Origin: an uncultured Dehalococcoidia bacterium
Lineage (GTDB): Bacteria; Chloroflexota; Dehalococcoidia; Lucifugimonadales; Australimonadaceae
Direction: 5' to 3'
Assembly (NCBI GenBank): GCA_958295525.1
Contig: OY282355.1
Span: 398,260 to 462,259 of the forward strand
Length of the DNA stretch: 64,000 nt
Position 1 is the stretch's first letter. Each line of letters begins with the position of its first letter. This document shows, piece after piece, positions 20,440 through 29,887 of this stretch. The notes beneath the pieces were generated by a model. That model saw only the letters and a list, made by a program, of their open reading frames with translations, was not told where the DNA came from and made no database searches. The translations under genes and the position numbers were made by a program.

Positions 20440-20489
20440 CGTCATTCCCGCGTAGGCCCGTGCCGTCATTCCCGCGCAGGCGGGAATCT
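20440..20489. repeat. CGTC/dRS3-like palindrome pair
   Basis: One partial and one complete GTCATTCCCGCG..GGCGGGAATC. Confidence 0.85.
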
Positions 20490-20498
20490 CGCCTTCCG

Positions 20499-21440
20499 TC
20501 ATACGGAAGCCTCCCGCGCCAGAATGCGGCGCGCGCGCTCGACGTCGTCGCGCATCGCGGCGATGAGCGCGTCGGCGCCGGCGAACTTCTCCTGCCCCCG
20601 CAGCCGCTCCACGAACTCCAATTTGACCTGCTCGCCGTACAGGTCGCCGTCGAAATCCAGAACGAACGCCTCCACGACGCTCAGGCCGCTCTCGTGAAAC
20701 GTCGGCTTGTGGCCGATGCTGACGGCGGCAGGCAGCCTGTCGCCGGCATGCAGCAGCCATGCGGCGTACACGCCGTCGGCGGGGAGCGCTTGCAGCGGGC
20801 CGACGCCGACGTTCGCGGTCGGATAGCCCAGCAGCCCGCCGCCTCTGCCCTCGCCCTCCACGACGGGCCCGTCGAGAACGAACGGGCGCCCCAGCAGGCG
20901 GGCGGCGAGCGCGATGTCTCCGGCCTCGAGCGCGTTGCGGATGGCGGCGCTCCGCACCGGCGCGCCGTCCAGCGCGAACTGGCCGACGCTCTCCACCGTG
21001 TAGCCGAGTTCCGCGCCGAGTTCCTCAATGACGGCGAGCGTGCCCGCCCGCCCGCGCCCTAGCGCGACGTCGGGCCCTGCGACGAAGTGCGCGAGCCCCA
21101 AGCAATCGCGCAGCGCCGTCATAAACGCGCGCGGCGTGAGCAGCGAAACCTCCCGCGTGAACGTGATCGGAACGACCGCATCGAGGCCGGCCTCGCTCAG
21201 CAGCCGCATCCGCTCGTGCAAGGAGGTCAGCATCCGCGCCTCGGCCTCGGGGCGCAGCACGGAGAACGGATGGTTGGCGAGCGTCACCGCGACGGGCGCG
21301 AGGCCGCGCCGCCCGGCGGCTTCCGTGAGCGCGGCGAAGATATGCCGGTGCCCCAGGTGAACGCCGTCGAACACGCCCAACGCGGCGGCGGTCGGCCTGC
21401 CGGGGCGCCGCGCGCGCAACTCCTCGCAAAGGTCGGTCAT
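20499..21440 (-). CDS. ribF: Bifunctional riboflavin kinase / FAD synthetase
   Basis: GVFDGVHLGH, LGYPTAN, ERLRGQEKF. Confidence 0.95.
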   Translation of the reverse strand: MTDLCEELRARRPGRPTAAALGVFDGVHLGHRHIFAALTEAAGRRGLAPVAVTLANHPFSVLRPEAEARMLTSLHERMRLLSEAGLDAVVPITFTREVSLLTPRAFMTALRDCLGLAHFVAGPDVALGRGRAGTLAVIEELGAELGYTVESVGQFALDGAPVRSAAIRNALEAGDIALAARLLGRPFVLDGPVVEGEGRGGGLLGYPTANVGVGPLQALPADGVYAAWLLHAGDRLPAAVSIGHKPTFHESGLSVVEAFVLDFDGDLYGEQVKLEFVERLRGQEKFAGADALIAAMRDDVERARRILAREASV

Positions 21441-21456
21441 CGCCGCTCCCCTCCGG

Positions 21457-22515
21457 TCAGGCCACTGGCCGGAGGGCGAGCGACTCGTAGACCTCCGTCA
21501 GCAGCGCGGCGGTCTCGTCCCAACTCATGCAGGCGTCCGTGATGGAGACGCCGTAGCGCAGTTCCGACGGGTCGCTCAGATCCTGGCGCCCGCCGAAGAG
21601 GTGGCTCTCGACCATCAGGCCGACGATGAGCGCGTTGCCCTCCTCGCGCTGCCGGACGACGTCGCGGAAGGCGACGGGCTGGCGGTTGTGGTCTTTTTCG
21701 GAGTTGGCGTGGGAGCAGTCCACCATAATGCGCGGAGGCAGCCCCGCCGCCTCGAGTTTGGCCTGCACGCCGCGCACGCTCGACTCGGCGTAGTTGGGGC
21801 CGTCCGTTCCGCCCCGCAGAATGAGGTGCCCATGCGGGTTGCCGTCGGTGTGGACGATGCAGGTGCGGCCTTGCCGGTCTATGCCGAGGAACGAATGCGG
21901 CGCGCGCGCGGTCTTCATCGCGTCTATGGCGATCTGCGAGTTGCCGTCCGTCCCGTTCTTGAAGCCGACGGGCATACTCAGGCCGCTCGCCATCTCGCGG
22001 TGCGTCTGGCTTTCGGTCGTGCGCGCGCCTATCGCCGCCCAAGCGACGAGTTCCGCGAAGTACTGCGGCGTGATCGGGTCCAAAAACTCGGTGGCGGCGG
22101 GCATCCCCATCTCCGCCAGTTGCATCAGCAGTTTGCGCGCGCGGTAGAGCCCGCTGGCGATGTCGAACGTCCCGTCCAAGTTCGGGTCGTTGACGAGCCC
22201 CTTCCAGCCGAGGCTCGTGCGCGGCTTCTCGAAGTAGACGCGCATCACCGTGAGGAAACGGTCGCTCGTCTTGGCGGCCAGCCCGAGCAGCCGCTCCGCG
22301 TACTCCAGCGCGGCTTTCTCGTCGTGAATGGAGCAAGGCCCGACGATGAGGAGCAGGCGCGGGTCTTCCCCGTCCAGCACGCGCTGCACCTCGCCCCGGC
22401 CGTCGGCGACGGCGTTGACCATCGCGGGCGTGAGCGGAAGCCTCCGCTGAAGTTCCTCGGGAGGAGCCAGCGGCTCGATCTCCCGGATATGCAAGTCGCT
22501 AATGGAGCGCGCCAT
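21457..22515 (-). CDS. 3-deoxy-7-phosphoheptulonate synthase, class I-alpha (AroF/G type)
   Basis: GPCSIHD, YFEKPRT, IGARTTESQTHRE, DCSHANS, YGVSITDACM. Confidence 0.95.
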   Translation of the reverse strand: MARSISDLHIREIEPLAPPEELQRRLPLTPAMVNAVADGRGEVQRVLDGEDPRLLLIVGPCSIHDEKAALEYAERLLGLAAKTSDRFLTVMRVYFEKPRTSLGWKGLVNDPNLDGTFDIASGLYRARKLLMQLAEMGMPAATEFLDPITPQYFAELVAWAAIGARTTESQTHREMASGLSMPVGFKNGTDGNSQIAIDAMKTARAPHSFLGIDRQGRTCIVHTDGNPHGHLILRGGTDGPNYAESSVRGVQAKLEAAGLPPRIMVDCSHANSEKDHNRQPVAFRDVVRQREEGNALIVGLMVESHLFGGRQDLSDPSELRYGVSITDACMSWDETAALLTEVYESLALRPVA

Positions 22516-22775
22516 AAACGCAATTCCCTTTCTGTCCGCAAGCGGCGGCGTGTCCGTCCGGTTGCGGCGCGGCTGTTCACAGGGGGGCGTCCGCGCCGGC
22601 GGCTGCGCCAGGCGGAACGCGGAGCGAGGCTAGCGATAGGATGCGCGGGCGCAGCCGCGCCGCGTAAGCAAGCGCCGCCGCCCGCATCCGCCGAACAGAA
22701 GCGCGGAGTGAACGCGGAAGCCCGTCGTAGGCTCTGTCGCTGCCGCTAACCGCATTGCTTGCTCCACCGGCTCGC

Positions 22776-23141
22776 TCACTCGTTGTCGGGCGCGCGCAGG
22801 CCGCGGGCGCCTCTCAGATAAACGTGGCGCAGGTCCTCTTTCCTCTTCTCCGTGTTCACGAGCATCAGCGCGCGAATCACGGAGTCCGCCGCGCCCGGCA
22901 CGGAAATCTCGCGTCCGTCCAGCAGCGCGGTCTGCGTCCAGCCCAGCCGGACGCGCGCCGCTTTCGCCGGAAACTCCGCGTCAAGGTCGTCGGTCGTCGT
23001 AAAGAATACCGCGCCGACGTCGTCTTCGGCAATGCCGTTCGCGGACGCGAGTTCGCGCAAGAGTTCCTCAGTGGCGTCGAGAATCGCCTCCGAAGTGTTG
23101 GCGTCGGCGGTCGTGGCGCCGCGCAGTCCCAGGGTTCGCAT
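22776..23141 (-). CDS. aroH: Chorismate mutase, AroH type
   Basis: GLRGATT, FTTTDDLDAEFPA, HVYLRGARGLR. Confidence 0.9.
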   Translation of the reverse strand: MRTLGLRGATTADANTSEAILDATEELLRELASANGIAEDDVGAVFFTTTDDLDAEFPAKAARVRLGWTQTALLDGREISVPGAADSVIRALMLVNTEKRKEDLRHVYLRGARGLRAPDNE

Positions 23142-23198
23142 AACGGCTTGGCGCAAGCCTTCCGCCTCAGGCGGAAGCCGCTCGCCGAACGGGGCCGC

Positions 23199-23651
23199 TT
23201 ACGCCCGCGCCCGGCTCGCGCGCCGCAGATAGTAGCGAAGCCCATACGCCCCGGCCGCCAGGACGCCCCCGACCATAATCGGCGCGAGCGCGCCGACGGT
23301 GACGGCCGTAACGCCCGCGAATCCGGCGGCGGCGTGCGCCGACAGCCCAACCAACGCGACCGCCAGCGCAGGCGACCCCACGGCGGAGGCCGCAGCCGTC
23401 AGCCTGCTCCCGCCCTCGCTTGCGCGGGGGGAGCGGCCACGCCGTCCGCGGACGTGCAGCCAGTGCGCGCACGCCCCCAGAACGCCGCCCGCGACGAGAG
23501 GCGCCAGAGCCGCAGTGGTGAGAAACGTCATCGCCGCGAATCCCGCCGCAGCGTGCATCGCAAGGCCAGTGGCGGCCATCGTCAACGACGCGGCGCGCAC
23601 CGCCGCCGTCGCGTCCAGCGTTCTCGTTCCCCTGCTAACGCTCGTCATCAT
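23199..23651 (-). CDS. Hypothetical membrane protein with internal duplication
   Basis: Two hydrophobic repeats HAAAGFA...ALAP...GGVL. Confidence 0.5.
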   Translation of the reverse strand: MMTSVSRGTRTLDATAAVRAASLTMAATGLAMHAAAGFAAMTFLTTAALAPLVAGGVLGACAHWLHVRGRRGRSPRASEGGSRLTAAASAVGSPALAVALVGLSAHAAAGFAGVTAVTVGALAPIMVGGVLAAGAYGLRYYLRRASRARA

Positions 23652-23891
23652 CGCGTTCGCTCCTCCAACACGTTGGTTCTGCGCCCAACGCGGTTCATCG
23701 CTCGCCTGTCCGCCGTATGCCGATTCTGTCCGCAGACTCTCTACGCAACGGCGATGCGCCGCATTATACGCAACCGCCCGCCCTCGCGCAACAGCCTGCT
23801 ATCCGGCGCGCATAGCGCGAACCTACTTCTCCCCGCGTCGTCCGCCGCTGGCGTACAATAGGCGCGTTCTCAACGGAAGAAGGAGCGCGCC

Positions 23892-25007
23892 ATGGCGGGG
23901 ATACTCGACGCGGACACCCATATCACCGAGCCGGAGCGCATGTGGGACTACCTGGAGCCGGAGTGGCGTCCGCGCCGCCCCGTCATCGTCAGCGTGCCGG
24001 ACGACACGCTGTACGGCCAAGTGGACCATATGTGGCTGATCGACGGGCGGATCTTCCCAATGCCCGTTGGACGCGGAGGCGGCACGATCGCCACGCCGAC
24101 GGCCCAGACGCGCATGCGCTCCCGGCCGGACATTCCCGCCCGGGAACTGTCCGACCTGCCGATGCGGTTCGAGGGAATGCGCGCCACGAACGTCGACGCC
24201 CACGTCGTCTACCCCACGCTGTTCCTGATGTTCCTCACGGACGACGCGGCCTACGAAGCCGCCCTCGCCCGCGCCTACAACCGCTGCCTCGCCGACGTTT
24301 GGGCGAAGTCGGAGGACCGGGTGCGCTGGGTCGTCGTTCCCCCGCTGCGCGACATAGACGCGACGATCCGCGAGTTGCAATTCGGCAAGGCGAACGGCGC
24401 GTGCGGCGTCTTCTTCCGCGGCATCGAGAAAGACCGCATGCTGGACGACCCCTACTTCTTTCCGGTGTACGAGGAGGCGCAAGCGCTCGACCTTGCGATC
24501 TGCGTGCATCAGGGGCAAGGCGCGCCCGCCCTCAATAATCTCGTTGACCCGACGCGCAGCCACACGTTCACGCACGGGCGGCTCCCTCCGGTCGCGGCGT
24601 TCCGCAACATTGTCCACAACCGGATTCCGGAGCAGTTCAAGGGGCTGCGCTTCGGCTTCATCGAAACGGGCGCGTCGTGGATTCCGTTCGCCCTCTATCA
24701 ACTCACCGGCACAATGAACGAGCCAGCCGACTTCTTCGGGCCGCGCTTGTTCGACGAGTACAACATCTGGGTCTCCTACGAAGTGGGCGAGGATTTGCCC
24801 TACCTGATGGGCAAGATCGGCGAAGACCGCGTCGTCGTGGGAACGGACTACGGCCACCATACGCCGGGCTCCACCGACCGCCTCAAGTCCGACCCGTCGG
24901 CGCAGACGCATATGGTGGAGGTTCTGCGCTCCCGCGAGGATCTGCCCGCCCGGACGCTGGACAAGATACTGATCGGCAATCCGAACGCGCTCTACGGCGT
25001 ATCGTAG
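23892..25007 (+). CDS. Amidohydrolase_2 family protein
   Basis: DADTH, VVYPT, ARAYN, CVH, ETG, GTDYGH; SD AAGGAG. Confidence 0.85.
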   Translation: MAGILDADTHITEPERMWDYLEPEWRPRRPVIVSVPDDTLYGQVDHMWLIDGRIFPMPVGRGGGTIATPTAQTRMRSRPDIPARELSDLPMRFEGMRATNVDAHVVYPTLFLMFLTDDAAYEAALARAYNRCLADVWAKSEDRVRWVVVPPLRDIDATIRELQFGKANGACGVFFRGIEKDRMLDDPYFFPVYEEAQALDLAICVHQGQGAPALNNLVDPTRSHTFTHGRLPPVAAFRNIVHNRIPEQFKGLRFGFIETGASWIPFALYQLTGTMNEPADFFGPRLFDEYNIWVSYEVGEDLPYLMGKIGEDRVVVGTDYGHHTPGSTDRLKSDPSAQTHMVEVLRSREDLPARTLDKILIGNPNALYGVS

Positions 25008-25010
25008 GCG

Positions 25011-27218
25011 ATGGCCGACCCCGCCGAGACGCTCCTCAGAGGGCTGAATCCGCCGCAGCGCGAGGCTGTCCAATGCGTGGACGGCCCGCTGCTGATCGTG
25101 GCGGGGCCGGGCTCCGGCAAGACGCGCGTCATCACGCACCGCATCGCCTACCTCAATCGGAAGGTCGGCGTCAGCCCGGGGCGCATCGCGGCGGTCACGT
25201 TCACGAACCGCGCCGCCCGCGAAATGCGGAGCAGGCTCGGCGCGCTCCTCGGCGACGGCGCGGGGCGCCTCACGGCGGGAACGTTCCACGCGCTCTGCGC
25301 GATGATTCTCCGCCGCGACGGAGAAGCGATAGGCGTTCCGAACGACTACGTGATTATGGACGACGAAGACCAAATGTCGCTCGTGAAGCAAGCAATGGAG
25401 CAGACGAGCGTCGACTCCAAGCGCTTCCCCGCGCGCGCCATCCTCTCCGCGATCAGCAGAGCGAAATCGCAGTTGCTGGGGCCGGACGCGCTCGCCGCGC
25501 AGTCGGACGGCTTCTACGACGAAGTCGTCCATCGCGTGTTCGCGGCCTATCAGGCCGCGCTCGCCCGCAGCCACGCCGTGGACTTCGACGACCTGCTCGG
25601 CAAGACGGTGGAACTCTTCCGGCGCGACCACGCCGCGCTGGGCAGGTGGCAAGAGCGCTTCATCCACTTTATGGTGGACGAGTTTCAAGACACGAACACC
25701 GCGCAGTACGAACTCGCCCGTCAAATCGCCGGACGCCACCGCAACCTCGCCGTCGTGGGCGACCCCGACCAGTCCATCTATTCGTGGCGCAACGCCGACA
25801 TCCGCAACATCCTCTCGTTCCAGAAAGACTACCCGGAAGCGCGCGTGGTGCGCCTGTCGCAGAACTACCGCTCGACCGAGACGATTCTGCAGGCGGCGCA
25901 GCGCCTGATCAGAGGCAACAGCCAGCGGATCGAGCAAGACCTGTTCACGGAGAACGCGCGGGGCGTCCGCATCCGTCTAGTCGAGGCGTACACGGAGGAG
26001 GAAGAGGCGCAGGAAGTCGCGCGCGAGGCGCTGCGGCTCACCCGGGAAGACGGCGTCGCGCTCCGCGACTGCGTCGTCGCCTACCGCGTCAACGCGCAGT
26101 CGCGCGCCATCGAGGAGGCGTGTCTGCGCTACGGCCTGCGCTACAAACTCATCGGCGGCGTGCGCTTTTATCAGCGCCGCGAGGTCAAAGACCTCATCGC
26201 CTATCTCCGCCTGCTGCAAGACCCCTACGACGAAGTGAGCCTAACCCGCGTCGTCAACGTCCCCGTTCGGGGCATCGGCAAGCGCACCGTGGACGAACTC
26301 GTCGCGTGGGCGCGCTCGCTCGACGTCCCTGCCTACACCGCCCTGCAGTTGCTCGCCGACCAGGACGACTACCCGTCGCCGTTCGACGCGCGCCAAAAGC
26401 GGCGCCTCACGGACTTCCTCGCGCTGCTGAACGAGCTCAGCGCGCTCAAACCCACGATGGAGGCGCCGCAATTCATAGACGAAACGCTGGAGCGCTCCGG
26501 CTACCGCCGCGCGCTGCTGGAGTCCGACGACCCGGACGCGGAAGACCGCCTGGACAACCTGCGCGAGTTTCGCGGGCTCAGCGCGGAGTTCGCGGGCGAG
26601 CCCGCCTCGGAGGCGCTCCCGCGCCTGCTGGAGCGCGTCGCGCTCGTGGCTGATCAGGACGCCATCGAAGAGAACGAGGAGCAATACCTCACGCTCATCA
26701 CCCTCCATCAGATCAAAGGGCTGGAGTACCGGGTGGTGTTCATCACCGGAATGGAGGACGGCCTGCTGCCGCACAGCCGGTCGCTCGACGACCCCGATCA
26801 GTTGGAGGAGGAGCGGCGCATCGCCTACGTTGGAATGACGCGGGCGCGGGAGCGGCTCTACCTCTGCAGAGCGCTGCGGCGGCGGATGTTCGGCGCGATG
26901 GGGGCGGGGCTCCCGTCGCGCTTTCTCAAGGACGTGCCGCCCGACCTGATCGAAAAGCCCGACCGGAGCGGACGCCGCAGCGAGCGCGAGGCCGCGCGCG
27001 TCTTCCGCGCCCCTGCCGCAGCCGCCAACGGCGCGGGAGGCGCGCCGCCTCCGTTCAGAGCCGGCGAGAAGGTCACGCATCCCGCGTTCGGGCTGGGCGT
27101 CGTCGTCAACTGCGCCTCGCGCCCGGGCGACTACGAGGTCACCGTGGCGTTCGCGGGCAATCAGGGCGTCAAACGCCTCCTGCACAGTTACGGGAAATTG
27201 GAAAGGGCGGGAGCGTGA
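25011..27218 (+). CDS. pcrA: UvrD/PcrA DNA helicase
   Basis: AGPGSGKT, VTFTN, VDEFQDTN, VGDPDQSIY, QNYRST, EEERRIAYVGMTRA, C-terminal Tudor-like domain. Confidence 0.93.
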   Translation: MADPAETLLRGLNPPQREAVQCVDGPLLIVAGPGSGKTRVITHRIAYLNRKVGVSPGRIAAVTFTNRAAREMRSRLGALLGDGAGRLTAGTFHALCAMILRRDGEAIGVPNDYVIMDDEDQMSLVKQAMEQTSVDSKRFPARAILSAISRAKSQLLGPDALAAQSDGFYDEVVHRVFAAYQAALARSHAVDFDDLLGKTVELFRRDHAALGRWQERFIHFMVDEFQDTNTAQYELARQIAGRHRNLAVVGDPDQSIYSWRNADIRNILSFQKDYPEARVVRLSQNYRSTETILQAAQRLIRGNSQRIEQDLFTENARGVRIRLVEAYTEEEEAQEVAREALRLTREDGVALRDCVVAYRVNAQSRAIEEACLRYGLRYKLIGGVRFYQRREVKDLIAYLRLLQDPYDEVSLTRVVNVPVRGIGKRTVDELVAWARSLDVPAYTALQLLADQDDYPSPFDARQKRRLTDFLALLNELSALKPTMEAPQFIDETLERSGYRRALLESDDPDAEDRLDNLREFRGLSAEFAGEPASEALPRLLERVALVADQDAIEENEEQYLTLITLHQIKGLEYRVVFITGMEDGLLPHSRSLDDPDQLEEERRIAYVGMTRARERLYLCRALRRRMFGAMGAGLPSRFLKDVPPDLIEKPDRSGRRSEREAARVFRAPAAAANGAGGAPPPFRAGEKVTHPAFGLGVVVNCASRPGDYEVTVAFAGNQGVKRLLHSYGKLERAGA

Positions 27219-27970
27219 CGCCGCGTCTCTCCATCGTCATCCCCGCGTACAAGGAGGAGGGGCGCATTCGCCCCACCCTGGAGGAGTGCCTCGCCCACTT
27301 CCGCGCGGCGCGCGGCGGGGAGTTCGAAATCATCGTGTCGCTGAACGGCCGCGAGGACGACACCCGGGGCGTGGTCGAGCGCGTGATGGCGGACGCGCCG
27401 GAATTGCGCTTCGTGGAGTCGGAGGAGATCCTGGGGAAGGGCGGCGCGATTATGGCGGGCCTCGCCGCGGCGGAGGGCGAGGATCTGCTGTTCGTGGACG
27501 CGGACAATATGGTGCGCGCGCCCGAGGCCGCGAAACTCGTGGACGCGCTCGCCGCGCATGACATCGCCATCGGAAACAGGTACGGCGCGAAGGATTCGGA
27601 TATGCGGGAGTCGCCGCTCCGCCGCGTCATCAGCAAGGCGTCGCGGCTGTGGGCGCGCCGCTTCTTGGGGTTGCCCTACCCCGACACGCAGTGCGGGGCG
27701 AAAGCGATGCGCGCCGAGGCGTGGCGCGCCGTCGCGCCGGGCGTCAAGGAGCGCGGCTGGGCGTTCGACCTCGACTTGCTGGCGCAGGCGCGCCGCGCCG
27801 GCTGCTCGGTGGCGAGCGTTCCGGTGGAGTGGAGTCACGTCGTGGAAGGCTCCAAAGTGCGGGCGTGGCGCGACGTTCCGGCGACGTTCCTCGCCACGTT
27901 CGGCGTGAGGCGCCGCGCCCGCAGGCCCGCGTTCAGCCGCGGTGGAGACAGCGCCAAGCCGCGAGCCTGA
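27215..27970 (+). CDS. GT2 glycosyltransferase (dolichyl-phosphate glucosyltransferase-like)
   Basis: LSIVIPAYKEE, GKGGA, FVDAD, DTQCGAK, WAFDLDL. Confidence 0.88.
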   Translation: MTPRLSIVIPAYKEEGRIRPTLEECLAHFRAARGGEFEIIVSLNGREDDTRGVVERVMADAPELRFVESEEILGKGGAIMAGLAAAEGEDLLFVDADNMVRAPEAAKLVDALAAHDIAIGNRYGAKDSDMRESPLRRVISKASRLWARRFLGLPYPDTQCGAKAMRAEAWRAVAPGVKERGWAFDLDLLAQARRAGCSVASVPVEWSHVVEGSKVRAWRDVPATFLATFGVRRRARRPAFSRGGDSAKPRA

Positions 27971-28655
27971 CGCAGAGCGCGCCAAGCCGCAGCGCCTCCA
28001 GCGCGCTCGCCTTCGAAAATCCGGCCTGCCGGTCGTGAAACACGATAGGCCACTCGTAGACGCTCAAGCCGCGCCTCGTCGAGAGCAACTCCAGCAGCCA
28101 CTTGAAACCCGGCGACGAGTAGCGCGTGCGCGGCTCCGCCAGCAACTCGCGGCGGCAGACCGCGTAGCCCGTCAGCACGTCGTTGTAGGGAAGCAGCAGC
28201 AACGTCCGCGCCGCCGCGTTCAGCAGCCGGCTGATGAGCCGCCGCAGGAAAGGCTGCCCCAAGAAAGCCGACCCCTCGACGTAGCGCGAGCCGATGACCA
28301 CGTCGTAGCCGTCCGCCGCCCGCGCGAGCATATCCGGCAGTTCCTCCGGGTCGTGCGAGCGGTCGGCGTCCATCACGGCCACGAAGCGCCCGCGCGCCTC
28401 TCGCGCTCCGGCGAACACGGCGCCGGCGAGCCCCCGCTTGCCCGAGCGCTCCACCAGGCGGACGCGGGGGTCGGCGGCGGCCATCCTCCGAACGGCGGCG
28501 GCGGTGCCGTCCGGGCTCGCGTCGTCAACGACGATGACCTCGCACGGCGCGCTCCGGAGCACGTCGAGAATGGCGGGCGCGAGCGCCGCGACGTTCTCGC
28601 GTTCGTTGTACGTGGGCAACAGGACGGAGATCAGCGGTTCAGGCGGAGAATTCAC
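27933..28655 (-). CDS. GT2 polyprenol-monophosphomannose synthase-like (Ppm1/DPM1)
   Basis: LPTYNEREN, VVDDASPDGT, MDADRSHDP, GSRYVEG. Confidence 0.88.
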   Translation of the reverse strand: MNSPPEPLISVLLPTYNERENVAALAPAILDVLRSAPCEVIVVDDASPDGTAAAVRRMAAADPRVRLVERSGKRGLAGAVFAGAREARGRFVAVMDADRSHDPEELPDMLARAADGYDVVIGSRYVEGSAFLGQPFLRRLISRLLNAAARTLLLLPYNDVLTGYAVCRRELLAEPRTRYSSPGFKWLLELLSTRRGLSVYEWPIVFHDRQAGFSKASALEALRLGALCVRLAAWRCLHRG

Positions 28656-28721
28656 GGCGCGTCCCAAGAGCGAATCCGACGGCGCAAGAGTATAGCGGAT
28701 TGCGGGAGCGGCATAACCCCC

Positions 28722-28906
28722 GTCGTTCCCGCGTAGGCAGGAATCCCGCTCCCCTTTTCTCGTCATTCCCGCCCTCTTGTCTCGTCATTCCCGCGCAGGC
28801 GGGAATCTCGCCCCCTTGCCCCGTCATTCCCGCGCAGGCGGGAATCCTGCCCCCTTGCCCCGTCATTCCCGCCCTCTTGCCCTGTCATTCCCGCGCAGGC
28901 GGGAAC
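28722..28906. repeat. CGTC/dRS3-like palindrome cluster
   Basis: About four complete plus partial units. Confidence 0.9.
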
Positions 28907-28984
28907 CTCGCCCCCCTTGCCCATCGCCCCTTGCGCCCGTACTATGCGGCGCATGGCGCGGAGCCACGCGCAGGAGGCGACAAT

Positions 28985-29827
28985 ATGGCGGGAGCGTTGG
29001 AAGGCAAGACGATCATCGTAACGGGTGCCGGGTCGCCCATCGGAATGGGGCGCGAAATGTCCATCGCCCTCGCCTCCGCCGGAGCGAACGTCGTGATGAT
29101 GGACGTCGACGGCGCAGCCCTGGAGGCGAGCGCGAACGACGCCCGCGAAGCCGCCGGCGACGAGCGCATCCTCGCCGTAACCGCCGACGTCACCAGTTAC
29201 GCCGACGCGGAGCGGACGGCCCAAGCGGCGCTCGACGGATTCGGCGGGCTGCACGGCCTAATCAACAACGCCGGCACGAACCAGCGGAACGTCGGAATGA
29301 GCGACGCGCTGCAGGAGCCGTGGTGGGGCGTGACCCCCGAAGCGTGGAGCCGTGTCGCCGCCGTGAACTTCAGCGGCCCGTTCTTTATGGCCCGCGCCGT
29401 GGTGGGCCATCTGATGGAGCAAGGCTGGGGACGCATCATCGGCGTCACCACCAGCCTCGACACGATGATCCGCGTCAATATGTCGCCTTACGGCCCGTCG
29501 AAAGCCGGACACGAGGCGCTGGTCGCCACGATGGCGCAGGAACTGGAGGGCACGGGCGTCACGGCGAACGTGCTCGTTCCGGGCGGGCCCGTCAACACGA
29601 ACCTGCTGCCGCCCGACTCGCCGTTCGACAGGGCGAAACTGATTCAGCCCGACGTAATGCGCGCCCCCGCCGTATGGCTCGCGTCCGATGCGTCGGACGG
29701 GATCAACGGGCGCCGCTTCATCGCCTACAACTGGGACGAGTCGCTCCCTGTCGAGCAGCGCGTCGAGCAAGCGGGCGCGCCCGCCGCCTGGCCGCAACTG
29801 GGCGGGCAAGCCGTCTACCCCGCGTAA
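28985..29827 (+). CDS. SDR-family oxidoreductase
   Basis: TGAGSPIGMG, NNAG, YGPSK; SD AGGAGG. Confidence 0.9.
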   Translation: MAGALEGKTIIVTGAGSPIGMGREMSIALASAGANVVMMDVDGAALEASANDAREAAGDERILAVTADVTSYADAERTAQAALDGFGGLHGLINNAGTNQRNVGMSDALQEPWWGVTPEAWSRVAAVNFSGPFFMARAVVGHLMEQGWGRIIGVTTSLDTMIRVNMSPYGPSKAGHEALVATMAQELEGTGVTANVLVPGGPVNTNLLPPDSPFDRAKLIQPDVMRAPAVWLASDASDGINGRRFIAYNWDESLPVEQRVEQAGAPAAWPQLGGQAVYPA

Positions 29828-29887
29828 GAAAACGCGCCTCGCCACCCCTACCGTCGTTCCCGCGTAGGCGGGAACCCCGCCCCTGTG

